Part shown: in pieces, positions 12,640 to 22,777 of the stretch
Layout of the letters: each line of letters starts with the position of its first letter
Position numbering within the stretch: position 1 is the stretch's first letter
NCBI GenBank assembly: GCA_963709405.1
Contig: CAVPXM010000036.1
Coordinates: forward strand, 32,001-96,000
Length of the DNA: 64,000 nt
Source of the DNA: an uncultured Nitrososphaerales archaeon
GTDB taxonomy: Archaea > Thermoproteota > Nitrososphaeria > Nitrososphaerales > Nitrososphaeraceae
Direction of reading: 5' to 3'
Notes under the pieces: generated by a model
The model's input: the letters and a program-made list of their open reading frames with translations, nothing else
Database searches by the model: none
Told to the model about the DNA's origin: nothing
Made by a program: the position numbers and the translations under genes

Positions 12640-12923
12640 AGTCAGTCATTTAATTATTTCAATCCGTCTGGATAGAAATTCCCGTGAGAGTACAAGAGAT
12701 TGAGAGAAGGGAACAACAAGTTCAATTGAATTAGTGGATGCATCCCATACATATCGGATTCGCAGAAAAACTAAAACGAGATTCCTATAAAGTTTCAGTT
12801 TTGAGTCGTGCCGGGGAGAGTAGGCAACTCTATTAAGCCTCAATTTGGCTTACCTGCGGACTTGAACTTATTAGGTATGTCTTTATTCGTAAATGTGTAT
12901 TATTTAATTGACCATGACTGACT
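12640..12923. ncRNA. Candidate structured ncRNA (or MITE), ~284 nt
   Basis: Ends pair (AGTCAGTCAT-TTAATTA with TAATTGA-CC-ATGACTGACT); several internal hairpins and a GC-rich three-way junction; no credible protein. Confidence 0.5.
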
Positions 12924-13113
12924 TTAGATTCTAGTCTCAGGATCGATGATAGGAATGAATATTAAAATAATACGACAATCGGCTATGAAATGGTAACAAC
13001 AACAATATCATTAAATTCATTGGTAAAAGCTCTATTGACTATAAAGTAATCCTATGTGCTTGCACCTCATAAGATCAGATGCGGTCGATTAAGTCTACTA
13101 AAACCATTAATTG

Positions 13114-14421
13114 TTAATTTCTCCAGATGAAGAATCCGTCTTTTCTGGTCACAGTATCTATCGAACGGGATAAAAATTTGCTTTTTATTAGTGTGCTCTG
13201 ATCACCTACAATAATTGTCTTCCTTTTACTCCTAGAAAAGGCGACACATGATCTCGGGATATTTACAAAACCTATAGCCTTTTCTAGGTCAGTTTCATTG
13301 TTTGACCTCACCATTGAGACGATTGTGACCTCTGATTCCTGTCCCTGGAACTCGTCTATTGTCCCAATGCGTATCCTCCTATTGTTCCCATTGTGGAGAT
13401 GAAACTGCAGCATTCTTTCTTGTTGCTTGTAGGGAGTAGTAATTATGACATCATCAATTCCCATGTTCAGAAGCCCATCAATTATCTCTTTGACTAACGA
13501 AATCTCACCAATATTTATAAAATGTTTTTGCTCCTGACTGTTACTATTTGTATCTACAAACACTATTCTCTTTTCATGGTTCAGAATTTTTGCCAGATTA
13601 TTGTTCGTTCCACTATAATCATTCTTTGCAATATCTACTGTTGAAATTTCTTTCACTGATTCATCTGCCTTCAATTGATACTGGTAATTTGGATTTATCA
13701 GGTCCAAAATATCTTCATTAAACCTATATTCTGTTTTCAGTAACGTAGTTTCGTATTGTTTCAAAATAGAACTAAAGAGGCTGTATCCGATAAAATCATG
13801 TGAAGCAGGTGGCAACTGTTTATCATCTCCTATTACTAGTATTTTCCCATTATCATGCCTCAGCGATGAGAATAGCATTGCCATTGTGTCAAGTCCTACC
13901 AAACCTGTTTCATCCACTATGACTGCTCCAACTTTCGTGACTTTTACCAAATCTTTTGCGCTATAAGTCGTAGTAAGTATAATTTGTGCATTCTGAAAAT
14001 ATTTTCTACCTATTTCAGATCTATTAAATGAATTCATTTCATTGCTATCTACCAGAATATTGTCCATCGTATAGGTTCGAAGATACGGATACGATAATTC
14101 TAAATCCATTGTATTACCGTACCTAATTATTGGTCCTTTTAGAAACGGTAGATTAGCTCTATGGAGGAGAGAGTCTATCTTTGCTAGTATGCTATTAACC
14201 ATCACGTTTGTTGGAGCCGTGACCAACACTGGAGAATTTTCAGCCAATAGATCAAAGCAGCAATGAGAAATGACTGTTGATTTGCCTGTTCCTGGCGGTC
14301 CAGTAACTGGGACAGTACTCTCCTTGTTAATTCTATATCTCGCAGCCTTCTGATCGGCATTTTCGTAATTTAGAAACTTATCTAAAGAATTATTATTATT
14401 ATTATGGTTGCTGTTAGTCAT
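13114..14421 (-). CDS. Superfamily 1 (Upf1/Dna2-like) helicase core, AAA_11/AAA_12
   Basis: Q motif NADQ, Walker A GPPGTGKS, TAPTN, VDETG, GDDKQLPP, EYRF, TPYKQQ, TIDEFQGQE, VRSN, VAFSRSK. Confidence 0.92.
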   Translation of the reverse strand: MTNSNHNNNNNSLDKFLNYENADQKAARYRINKESTVPVTGPPGTGKSTVISHCCFDLLAENSPVLVTAPTNVMVNSILAKIDSLLHRANLPFLKGPIIRYGNTMDLELSYPYLRTYTMDNILVDSNEMNSFNRSEIGRKYFQNAQIILTTTYSAKDLVKVTKVGAVIVDETGLVGLDTMAMLFSSLRHDNGKILVIGDDKQLPPASHDFIGYSLFSSILKQYETTLLKTEYRFNEDILDLINPNYQYQLKADESVKEISTVDIAKNDYSGTNNNLAKILNHEKRIVFVDTNSNSQEQKHFINIGEISLVKEIIDGLLNMGIDDVIITTPYKQQERMLQFHLHNGNNRRIRIGTIDEFQGQESEVTIVSMVRSNNETDLEKAIGFVNIPRSCVAFSRSKRKTIIVGDQSTLIKSKFLSRSIDTVTRKDGFFIWRN

Positions 14422-14427
14422 ACCGAT

Positions 14428-15969
14428 TTAAATATCGTATTCCTCTTCAATTGCGTTGACCTTATGTTCAAAATCTTTTTGTTTGTCTCGCTTGCTATAC
14501 ATTAAATCAGTGTGATCATATTTTTGTTCTTCAATTGTATCAGTTATTTTTTGTATCGGAATCGAATTCCGATACTGAAGTATAACATCGGCATAAGGTG
14601 AACGCCTAAAGAAGTTATCCAGAAATCGCATGCTAGTGAGCCCACCACTAAAGTTAAATCTATCAATTGTAATCATTCTAAATTGGTGTCTGTTTTCATG
14701 CATCAGATAGTACATGTCGCCTCTATGAAATCTAAGTTTGACCGATCTTGAGGCGAGGTTTATATCTATAATCGTTGCAGTAGGATTGCTACCAAGGTTT
14801 GGATTGCCATCTGATACGGTCACTTGATCCCCTACGCTAAAGTCTATGAATTGGCCAAAGGATTCATCTCCCATTAAAGTAACTGTCTGATCATGAAAAT
14901 CAAAAGTTTCCGTGATTAGAGTGAGATTAGTTATCGCAGACCCCTCAGCCTGTCGTTGCTTTGCATTCCTCGAATCGACATATACCTTCCATCTATCTTC
15001 ATGAGATATTTCTTCTCTAATCCTTTTTGAAACATTGAATTCTGTTCTTCTTCTCACTATTTCATTTTCATTAAGTTTGCTGCTATGCGCAAAGGCCCAA
15101 TCTAAGCAACCTTCTTTTAATGAACAATTCTGACAATAGCCAGTAATAGCAGGAGATATTTCAGACTTCCAGAATCGTACATATTTGTCAATGGATTCGT
15201 ATACCCTTGTAAAATTGAATTTCTTTCTGTGACTATCTCTATCAGCAAATTGCCATATGTATTCTGGAGGTGATTGTAAATTTAGCGCCTTCATGAGTAA
15301 GAGTGCTTCAGCATCGGCTTGAAGCTTCCATGTAGATGAGGGAGTCTTAAACCTGCCAGTTTTGATCTGTGTTACTTGTACGAGATTTTTTTCTAAATTT
15401 TGTAAACTTTCAGAGCTGATATATGAGTTCTGTTCAACATATGGAATTCTAATTTTTATTAGATCAAGTCTACCTTCAAGTGGAATATGAATATCGCGTA
15501 TAGTGAATTCAGGTCTGATCACTGATTGTTTATTTTCCGATTCATCCACAATGAGTTTGTCTACGAGTCTATCTCCCCTGGTATAAAGGTCATCCATAAT
15601 AGGGTCAAATGGTTTGTCAACCCCAGCTAGAAGAAATCGTTTCCAGTTTGTGTCTATATCAACCTTGGCATTATGTTCGAAGATTCCGATACCATGTTCC
15701 TTTTCTATGGCATGTCCTCTTTTTGAAAGGTTTATTATTTCCAGCATTGACTTTACAGTGATTCTGTGAACTGCGTTTCCTATCTCACCGCTTGCAGTAT
15801 ATTCATTTGATTCCATTCCAAAAAATGAGATATTGTAGGCTCCGCGTTCGCACAATGCCATTTTTGCAATGGCACCAACTCTTGGAATAATTGTAGGTTC
15901 AAGATGTCGGATAATATCATTTGAACTTGATATTTCTGAATTTGTACTACTAAGATCAAAAACCATCAA
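14428..15969 (-). CDS. Cas4/Dna2-like PD-(D/E)xK nuclease with 4Fe-4S 'staple' cysteines and a C-terminal beta-barrel
   Basis: N-terminal C(ER), GNAVH, PEF...LEGRLD...QIKTG, WKLQ, C-x2-C-x5-C (CQNCSLKEGC), then an FSVGDQVTVS barrel. Confidence 0.8.
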   Translation of the reverse strand: MMVFDLSSTNSEISSSNDIIRHLEPTIIPRVGAIAKMALCERGAYNISFFGMESNEYTASGEIGNAVHRITVKSMLEIINLSKRGHAIEKEHGIGIFEHNAKVDIDTNWKRFLLAGVDKPFDPIMDDLYTRGDRLVDKLIVDESENKQSVIRPEFTIRDIHIPLEGRLDLIKIRIPYVEQNSYISSESLQNLEKNLVQVTQIKTGRFKTPSSTWKLQADAEALLLMKALNLQSPPEYIWQFADRDSHRKKFNFTRVYESIDKYVRFWKSEISPAITGYCQNCSLKEGCLDWAFAHSSKLNENEIVRRRTEFNVSKRIREEISHEDRWKVYVDSRNAKQRQAEGSAITNLTLITETFDFHDQTVTLMGDESFGQFIDFSVGDQVTVSDGNPNLGSNPTATIIDINLASRSVKLRFHRGDMYYLMHENRHQFRMITIDRFNFSGGLTSMRFLDNFFRRSPYADVILQYRNSIPIQKITDTIEEQKYDHTDLMYSKRDKQKDFEHKVNAIEEEYDI

Positions 15970-16071
15970 TCGTGCACCATTCTTATTTTCTTAGTATTCT
16001 GTGGCATTAAATGGTCAGGCTGTGCAGGCAAAGAATATAAGGATTAGCAACTGATTAAACTTATCACATTG

Positions 16072-16098
16072 ACTAAACATACTAATCATACTAAACTT
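16072..16098 (+). promoter_or_regulatory. 3x 9-bp direct repeat next to a TATA-like box, in the divergent promoter
   Basis: ACTAAACAT ACTAATCAT ACTAAACTT running into TTATAGA, ~20 nt before ATG 16117. Confidence 0.4.
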
Positions 16099-16116
16099 AT
16101 AGATGAATCTCTGGAA

Positions 16117-16848
16117 ATGTTACGAATCCATATTGCGCCAGTTGGGTTTGAGGTAGATCGCATCGTTTTACCAGCCAAGAATATGAAAGCCGACCGCATA
16201 TGGCTGATCATCCACAGTGACCCTACCGATGATGCAGGACAACCTTTTGGTAAGTTGATAACCGAACAACTGGAGGCCATCAATATCGAATACTACATTG
16301 AATACGCAGATCGAACAGACTTATTTGACACACTTAGGGCTTTAAGGAAGATAATTTTAAGAGAGAAAAATAATGCCATACTTGTTAATGTTTCTGTAGG
16401 AAGTAAGATCCAAGCAATTGCATCCATGATGGCATGTATGATGTTCAAGGACGAGGTAGACATTATGCCTTATTATGCAGTACCTGAAAAATATGCGACA
16501 ATCCCAAGAGAACAAGAGACTGTTGGCTTGAAGAAGGTTCTGAAGCTACCAGAATATAAGATAGAAACTCCACCAAATAATTTAATCAGGTGTTTGGAAA
16601 TTATTCATCAAAGAACCGGCAACCGGATTGCAAACAAAGACTTGAGGGACCAAGCTTTAGCACAGCAACTTATTCATGTAGAACGTCATAAGAATAAAGA
16701 GCAGTCAGCATATATGGCGCTAAAGACCAACCTACTTGATCCGCTATTAGAATGGAAATTCATAACGGTTGAGAGAGTTGGCAGACGTCATGATTTAATA
16801 TTAACAGAAGATGGACTAAATGTGTTGAAATTTCTTCATTCGACATAG
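16117..16848 (+). CDS. DUF6293/HFX_2341-like protein (CARF-like Rossmann domain plus wHTH)
   Basis: LRIHIAPVGFEVDRIV, VNVSVGSKIQAIA, YYAVPEKY; C-terminal wHTH ending GRRHDLILTEDG. Likely start MLRIH. Confidence 0.82.
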   Translation: MLRIHIAPVGFEVDRIVLPAKNMKADRIWLIIHSDPTDDAGQPFGKLITEQLEAINIEYYIEYADRTDLFDTLRALRKIILREKNNAILVNVSVGSKIQAIASMMACMMFKDEVDIMPYYAVPEKYATIPREQETVGLKKVLKLPEYKIETPPNNLIRCLEIIHQRTGNRIANKDLRDQALAQQLIHVERHKNKEQSAYMALKTNLLDPLLEWKFITVERVGRRHDLILTEDGLNVLKFLHST

Positions 16849-17041
16849 GATCAAAATATATTAAATATCAGCAGTTTTTCTTCAGTTGATTTGAATTGAG
16901 GATTTTTTTAGCAAACATGTCCAAACATGAAAATACTATTATTCAAATACCCTCAATTATACTTCTTCTATAGACTATTATACATCATATGAAATGGCTT
17001 CAATTCTATCTTTAATCTTTAATATTCAATATCTTAATTGG

Positions 17042-17060
17042 CACCTGTAATGAACAGGTG
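17042..17060. promoter_or_regulatory. Perfect 7-5-7 palindrome, candidate operator or hairpin
   Basis: CACCTGT-AATGA-ACAGGTG in intergenic DNA. Confidence 0.35.
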
Positions 17061-17452
17061 ATATGTTATTCTAATATTATGGTAACAATACATTAAGGGT
17101 ACAATTATGAAACCACATAAATTTTAATGACCGTAATTTTGTCGAGGCATAGCCTGGTAGAACATATGATGTTTGGTAGCATATAGCCTCTCCTAGCAGG
17201 ATGATGAAATAATTTGATATTAACGGTAGCATGATATACTGGAATTATAATACTAAAATTATAATATTGTGTTTAAAGTAGGAAACTAAGATTTGCGAGG
17301 TAATCATCATACTTCAATCTGCGAGAAATATTACGCGCAAATACGTGAGTGGTATTTAAGCTTCTATCACATACACTTGATCAGATCTATGAGTTAACTG
17401 GGGAATGCTTGACGCAAGTCTTATATCAAGTCCAATACCGTACCTATATAGC

Positions 17453-17854
17453 ATGCCAAAGCCTGGATTTAAATCGATTACAGTAAGTGAAAATGTCTAT
17501 AAAAAATTCTATGAGTCATATGAAAAAAATAAGAAAAAGCTAGAACTCAAAGGTATTACCAGCTTCTCGGGATACATGACTAGTTTGATGGAAGAAACCG
17601 TAATAAGATATGAAACTTTTGCCAAACATGGTCCTTACATGGAAAAAATCTCAGTTGATGAAGATCGGATTTTGATAAAAGACAATAAAAGAAACAGGAT
17701 TGCTGAGATACTATTAAAAGATGGAGAATTACAATGCTTATTAGATGAGAAAACTGATTGTGTTCATATAGGATTTGTTTACTCCGTGCCTGAGATATAC
17801 CTAATGATAGATAATAGACATACCCCATCTGCACGCGTTCACTCTATGTTATAA
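17453..17854 (+). CDS. Conserved thaumarchaeal protein with RHH-like N-terminus
   Basis: MPKPGFKSITVSENVY; CxxDxxxDCVH motif; TATA-like CTTATAT about 30 nt upstream. Confidence 0.75.
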   Translation: MPKPGFKSITVSENVYKKFYESYEKNKKKLELKGITSFSGYMTSLMEETVIRYETFAKHGPYMEKISVDEDRILIKDNKRNRIAEILLKDGELQCLLDEKTDCVHIGFVYSVPEIYLMIDNRHTPSARVHSML

Positions 17855-18622
17855 AATAATAATCTATATACCAACTAGTCTGACTTAATCTTGAGTTTTA
17901 AGCTAAATCGTGTGCTCACTTTCCATTGCGAACTACACTGATAGTAATATCGCTCTGAATGCATTATTCGATCTACATTAAACACTAAAATTTGATCTTT
18001 TGATTTAAATCTTGTACGATTCTATAGAGCGTCTGGCACGTTCCATCTGGACAATGAGCGTATGCATATATTGAATACACGCATCGAAGTGATAGTTATT
18101 GTTGAATAAACATGGCTAGGCAATCGTTAATGAGATGAACACAACTGATGTCAAAGATTGTTAAATTGAATTTACTCTAGGTTTACAGATAAAGTCCATA
18201 TTAACATAAACCAGTTCTCCAATTGCTTACAAATTGCATGATCATCTGTATAAAGTCCAATTATGTATATCCGCGCAATTTAATATATTACCTCACATGA
18301 CTAAAGTCTACGCATTAATTGAGCCTTTAAGGTGGACACCAGAAGCGTAGTCAAAGCATTTCATAATACCTAGTTAGAGAGTATTACAAATTGAAGGTCA
18401 TCTATCCACAATTATCATATTATAATTTATAGACACGTTTCTTTGTCCTTTCTTAAACATAGAACAAACCTTGTTGGCACAGCTTCCAGCTCTTCATATG
18501 CTTATGTTTCCATCCATAGTCTATATTAGCGACAATTTTAAATCATGACCGCACATACGTAAATTCTTTTCCAGTTAAGAACGAGTGTATCCTTTCAGAT
18601 ACTGCAATTCAGATACTGATCG

Positions 18623-19021
18623 TTAGTACATTGAGACAGCAATTGCAGCGCCCATGGAATCTGAACCACGATTTGGAAGATTTTTAAAGACTAAGTTAAC
18701 CTTACCGGTTTGAATGTATGTATCATTAATTTTTGGTTCTGTAGCTTTAGCATATCGAGCACATAGATGGCATTGAAAGTCGCTAAAATCAATTAAAGTA
18801 ACAGCCGCAGATGTAGATCCCAAGTGTGGAGAACCTTCTTTTATCAAGTTTGCCAAAGAGATATTATTAGCGTTATTACTTCCTAGCGCCAACACTGAAA
18901 CTCCATCAGAGTGATAAGTTAAACCAATTAATATTCCAAAAAAAGCTAGAAGAGAGACAAAAAAGATGCTGTCTATAAACATTATTTCCTTATAATTACT
19001 GCTCCTTCTGGGCTTCATTTT
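18623..19021 (-). pseudogene. DsbA/thioredoxin-like protein, 3'-truncated
   Basis: TM helix, GSxxAxVTLIDFSDFQCHLC, YIQTGKV; breaks off after AAIA. Confidence 0.8.
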
Positions 19022-19210
19022 TATTCTATTTAGACACATAACCTGCTATAAAGCCTTTAGAAATTGTAGCATATTCGTTAACATTCAGAAAGTTATAGTA
19101 CATGCGTTCAAAATCTGTGATCAGATAGGTACGAACTATTAATGGGCACTGAGGGTAATGATTACCATTTAAGACCAATGTTTATATATGGATGGGTGTT
19201 ACTAATAGTT

Positions 19211-19711
19211 ATGTCAACATCAGAAAGTAAAACATCAAAAGATAGCACAAAGATTACGAAAGATGTCAATGTAACTCTATTCGATGTAGCAAACGAAAAC
19301 TTCACAAAATTGGTAAATGAATCTGCAAAGGTTCAGCCAGAGTATGCACAAGCAATCTCCAATTTGCAGCAAGAGTACATAGAAGCATCTAGGAATGCCA
19401 TTCAGACAACAACTTCAGTTCAAAAGCAATTTGCAAACAGCAACAGCAGTTTCAATAACGTCATCATCTCAGACACAACAGCACCATACATTCAGAACTT
19501 GGTAAAACAATCAAATGATTTTACGAACAACATCATTAGAATGACAGACATCAACAATCAGCTAACAATCAACGTATTAAACGCATTAAGAGAAAATGTG
19601 AAAAACTATAGTAGGACAGTCGAAGCTACTGCTGAATTTAACTCTAATCTGGCAAAAGCTTGGGCATCATCCTATTCGTCGGTCCAGCAACAACTTACTA
19701 GAGGACAATAA
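19211..19711 (+). CDS. Amphipathic helical phasin-like protein
   Basis: N/Q/T-rich helical sequence with QPEYAQAISNLQ; paralog of 38285-38752. Confidence 0.65.
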   Translation: MSTSESKTSKDSTKITKDVNVTLFDVANENFTKLVNESAKVQPEYAQAISNLQQEYIEASRNAIQTTTSVQKQFANSNSSFNNVIISDTTAPYIQNLVKQSNDFTNNIIRMTDINNQLTINVLNALRENVKNYSRTVEATAEFNSNLAKAWASSYSSVQQQLTRGQ

Positions 19712-19799
19712 ACAAATAGGAATACCCATATTTTTTAGGTACTGTTGAGTCAACTAATTTCAGCGTATTAAGAATCGTACACAACTTGTTATTCATTTA

Positions 19800-20695
19800 G
19801 AGCCTATCCCAAAATTATCCTCCTGTAAATAAGAATACAACAACCCAAACATACTAACGCAAAATAGTTTTCTAATTTCTTTTCGTATCTAACTAAAAGT
19901 TTTCTGAACTTGTTGTGCCAGGAGTTAGTTCTTTCTACAACCCATCCTCTTCTTGTATTATGCTTACCGCTCTTTTGTTATTGGTTGTTCGCCTCTATGT
20001 CGAATATTTGGTAAGTATCCTTTCTTGATAACTTCGTTTTCAATCTCCCGAAAGTCATATCCTTTATCAAGACAGAGGTTCTGGTTCTTTCTATAAATCT
20101 TAGAGGATGGTCTTTTAACTACGATATTATCCAGTGTATTTATAGCAGCCTTCATATCATGTGTATTAGTCGCAGTTACAACAACAGATAATGGTATACC
20201 TTGTCCATCAGTTAATACATGATGACGTTTTGTTCCTAGCTTACTCTATCTGTAGAATAGTGCCAGCCAGTCATTTCCCCCCTAAAGGTGTCTTTATACA
20301 TACACTATCAAGTGACTGCCATCTCCATTGGATGCCTACTATACCATCATATACTTTTAGCAATCTAGTCCATAATCTTTGAAATACCTTAGATGTTGAC
20401 CATTGTTGGAATCGTCTATGGCAGGTATGATCCTGAGCCATACTCCTTTGGCAACATCTTCCATTGACATCCAGTTCTTAAGACAAATAGAATGCCATCC
20501 AGTACCTTCCTAAATGATATTGCTGGACGTCCTATGGTATTCGCTGGTTTTTCTGAGGGAAGTATCAATCTTATTTCATCCCATAACTTGTCAGGAATTC
20601 TTTTGACAGTTGGAAGATACCTGATCCTATCGTAAGTCACACTTATGAGAAAAACTCTCTCAAGCTATATGTCTATCTATTTTTGGGATGGGTTC
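19800..20695 (-). mobile_element. IS5-family element (IS427/IS1031-like), degraded transposase
   Basis: IR GAGCCTATCCCAAAA / rc GAACCCATCCCAAAA flanked by TA; GILFVLRTGCQW, LDKGYD and RWVVERT motifs. Confidence 0.88.
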
Positions 20696-21331
20696 TAACT
20701 CAAATATGGCTGGAACATTTGGATATCACTGCCTATACCATCCAACTACAATGAAGGGAATAATACAAGTACATTGACTAACAAAAAATTGTGATTATGT
20801 TTTCCTGCAATTTCTTTGAAGTGGATCATTTTACTCTTCCATAAAAAGCCGAGTGGGTCTATCATATAGTGGTGTCTACAGATAGAAAATATCATGAATA
20901 AATTGCAAGTCGTATAAGCGATAGAGAGAAAAAGAATAGCGACTCTCGTCAGATTCACTCCAGATCATTCTGGAGGACGACCGCCACCTCCGCCCACCAG
21001 ATCCACCGTCATGTCCATGCCCTGAATGATGTGAACCAGAGTGGTGTGGCTATGCCGGTGTTGAGAAAGTAAATACTGATAGTATCTACACTGCTGCTAC
21101 TCTCGTTACTATGGTAACGTTCAATAATAGTGCTTTTACCCCGTAGTGCATATGGTTTTATCAGTTATTGAGAATTCAAAAGTCTTAATGTTAAATTTGT
21201 TAGAAAAACCTCTCTTTTAAGCGAAAAATCTATTGTCATAGTTGCTGTTGTCATGATAGGATCAAAAGTTAAAGAAAAAAGAAATGGAATTTCTTTCTCT
21301 CGTCTACCTACTTACTATTCTGTGTCTGCTC

Positions 21332-22250
21332 CTAAACATGCACGTTAACAAATGGACAGTTAACTATTACTCCCGCAATGTTAGTACTTAGCTTTCCAGC
21401 TTGGGCTGCAGATGTAATTTGACTCAATGAACTCAGGAATTCAGCATGCGATGGATCCTTCCATGTTGTAGCCTGTATTCTCCATAATGGACTGTAGCCT
21501 GTATCACCTACATTTGCAGATGCAATGCTTGCTTGAAAACCCATAGGTCCAGTTCCTTTGATTCCGTTTGCAAACACGTAAAGATCAGACGATGCTCCAG
21601 AAAGTAACGCTGCACCTGTCTTGTTTACAAATGTCACGCCTAATGCATCAGCTACTTTCTTGATAGATGCGTCAGTTGCTATATAATAGATTGTTGAACC
21701 ATCAGGAGCAAATCCTCTATGTCCTAGAAACGTGATCTGCATTTTCTTAATATCGATGTTCAGAACTTGTCCTCCACCATATGCCGTCAGATCAGTTAAA
21801 GTTTTGTCACTTCTTTCTTTCAACGAACCGCCATGCCACTGCACAAAAGGACAATTAACTACCGCATCTGATGGAGTTATAGTTAATTCTCCGTTCTTCT
21901 GTGCAGATAGTATATCAGCTTCTGATTTAATCTCCCTTGGACTAACTCCTTGTTTCCATTCTACATTGTTAATTCTCCACAAAGGACTATATGCTGGATC
22001 GCCTGGCTGAGAATCTGCTACGTTAGGTTGAAAACCTAAGGGACCAGAACCTTTAATGCCATTCCCAAATACATAGATATTTTCGAGTGATTGTGGTGGT
22101 GCATTCTTTAATGCTGGTGTATATGATACTCTTGAATGAGTAGAGTTTGTCAAGTGATCTGCTAGCCCTTTATCTGAAGCTTCCGTTGATATATAGAATA
22201 CCTCGAAACCATTAACATATCTTTCGATTTCTGAGACAGGAGGAGTAATT
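21332..22250 (-). pseudogene. Two-domain thaumarchaeal protein (YIxTxAS...GPxGFQ...YSPLW repeats), 5'-truncated
   Basis: Two internal repeats ending VNCPF; frame extends upstream (VFYISTEASD) but no proper start or signal peptide. Confidence 0.65.
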
Positions 22251-22777
22251 GCAGGCTGTGTTGTCGCGCCATGGACAGGAAATTACGTTTAATTATTGTC
22301 TTTTCAGGATTGAAAATCAAGGGGGGTACTCTTCTCTCTAGATAGCAGAAGATATAAAATTTGAATGTGTTTCCAATCTATGGTAACTTGTCATGTATCT
22401 CCATACTACCAGCTTTAAAATTTTTTACCATGGTAAATATAGTTTTCATCTAACTTAGATCATTAATTGTGCACTCCCTACACCATATCAAAATAGTCCT
22501 GTATTTTGTCAGATCAGTTCCGTTAGTTATATTATAATTTGGTTTCCATTATTTGCTGTTAACCTTCCAATGTCTCACTTTCCATATCACACTTCACTCA
22601 CGATAAATGACATAAATTTGATATTAAACGTTCTAGAAAACAGATATGTTGATGATTCTTTGAGGACATAGGTATCTGGAACCAAGTTTGTTTTCATATT
22701 AGCATTTTTTAATATTTTTGTGTAGATTTGTACATATCTCAACGCTCATGAATTGAGATATACTTTCTCTATTTATA

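Noticed and set aside
12646-12843. 65-aa minus-strand ORF
   Set aside because: No recognisable motif, non-ATG start, overlaps the structured element.
12640-12923. RNase P, SRP, tRNA or retron identity for the structured element
   Set aside because: No GAGGAAAGUCC-type P4 motif, no SRP helix-8 motif, the minus-strand GTTCAAGTC lacks a T-stem, and there is no reverse transcriptase nearby.
14428-15969. Calling this cas4 of a CRISPR-Cas locus
   Set aside because: No array or cas1/cas2 in the window; extra domains and the helicase partner fit a Dna2-like architecture.
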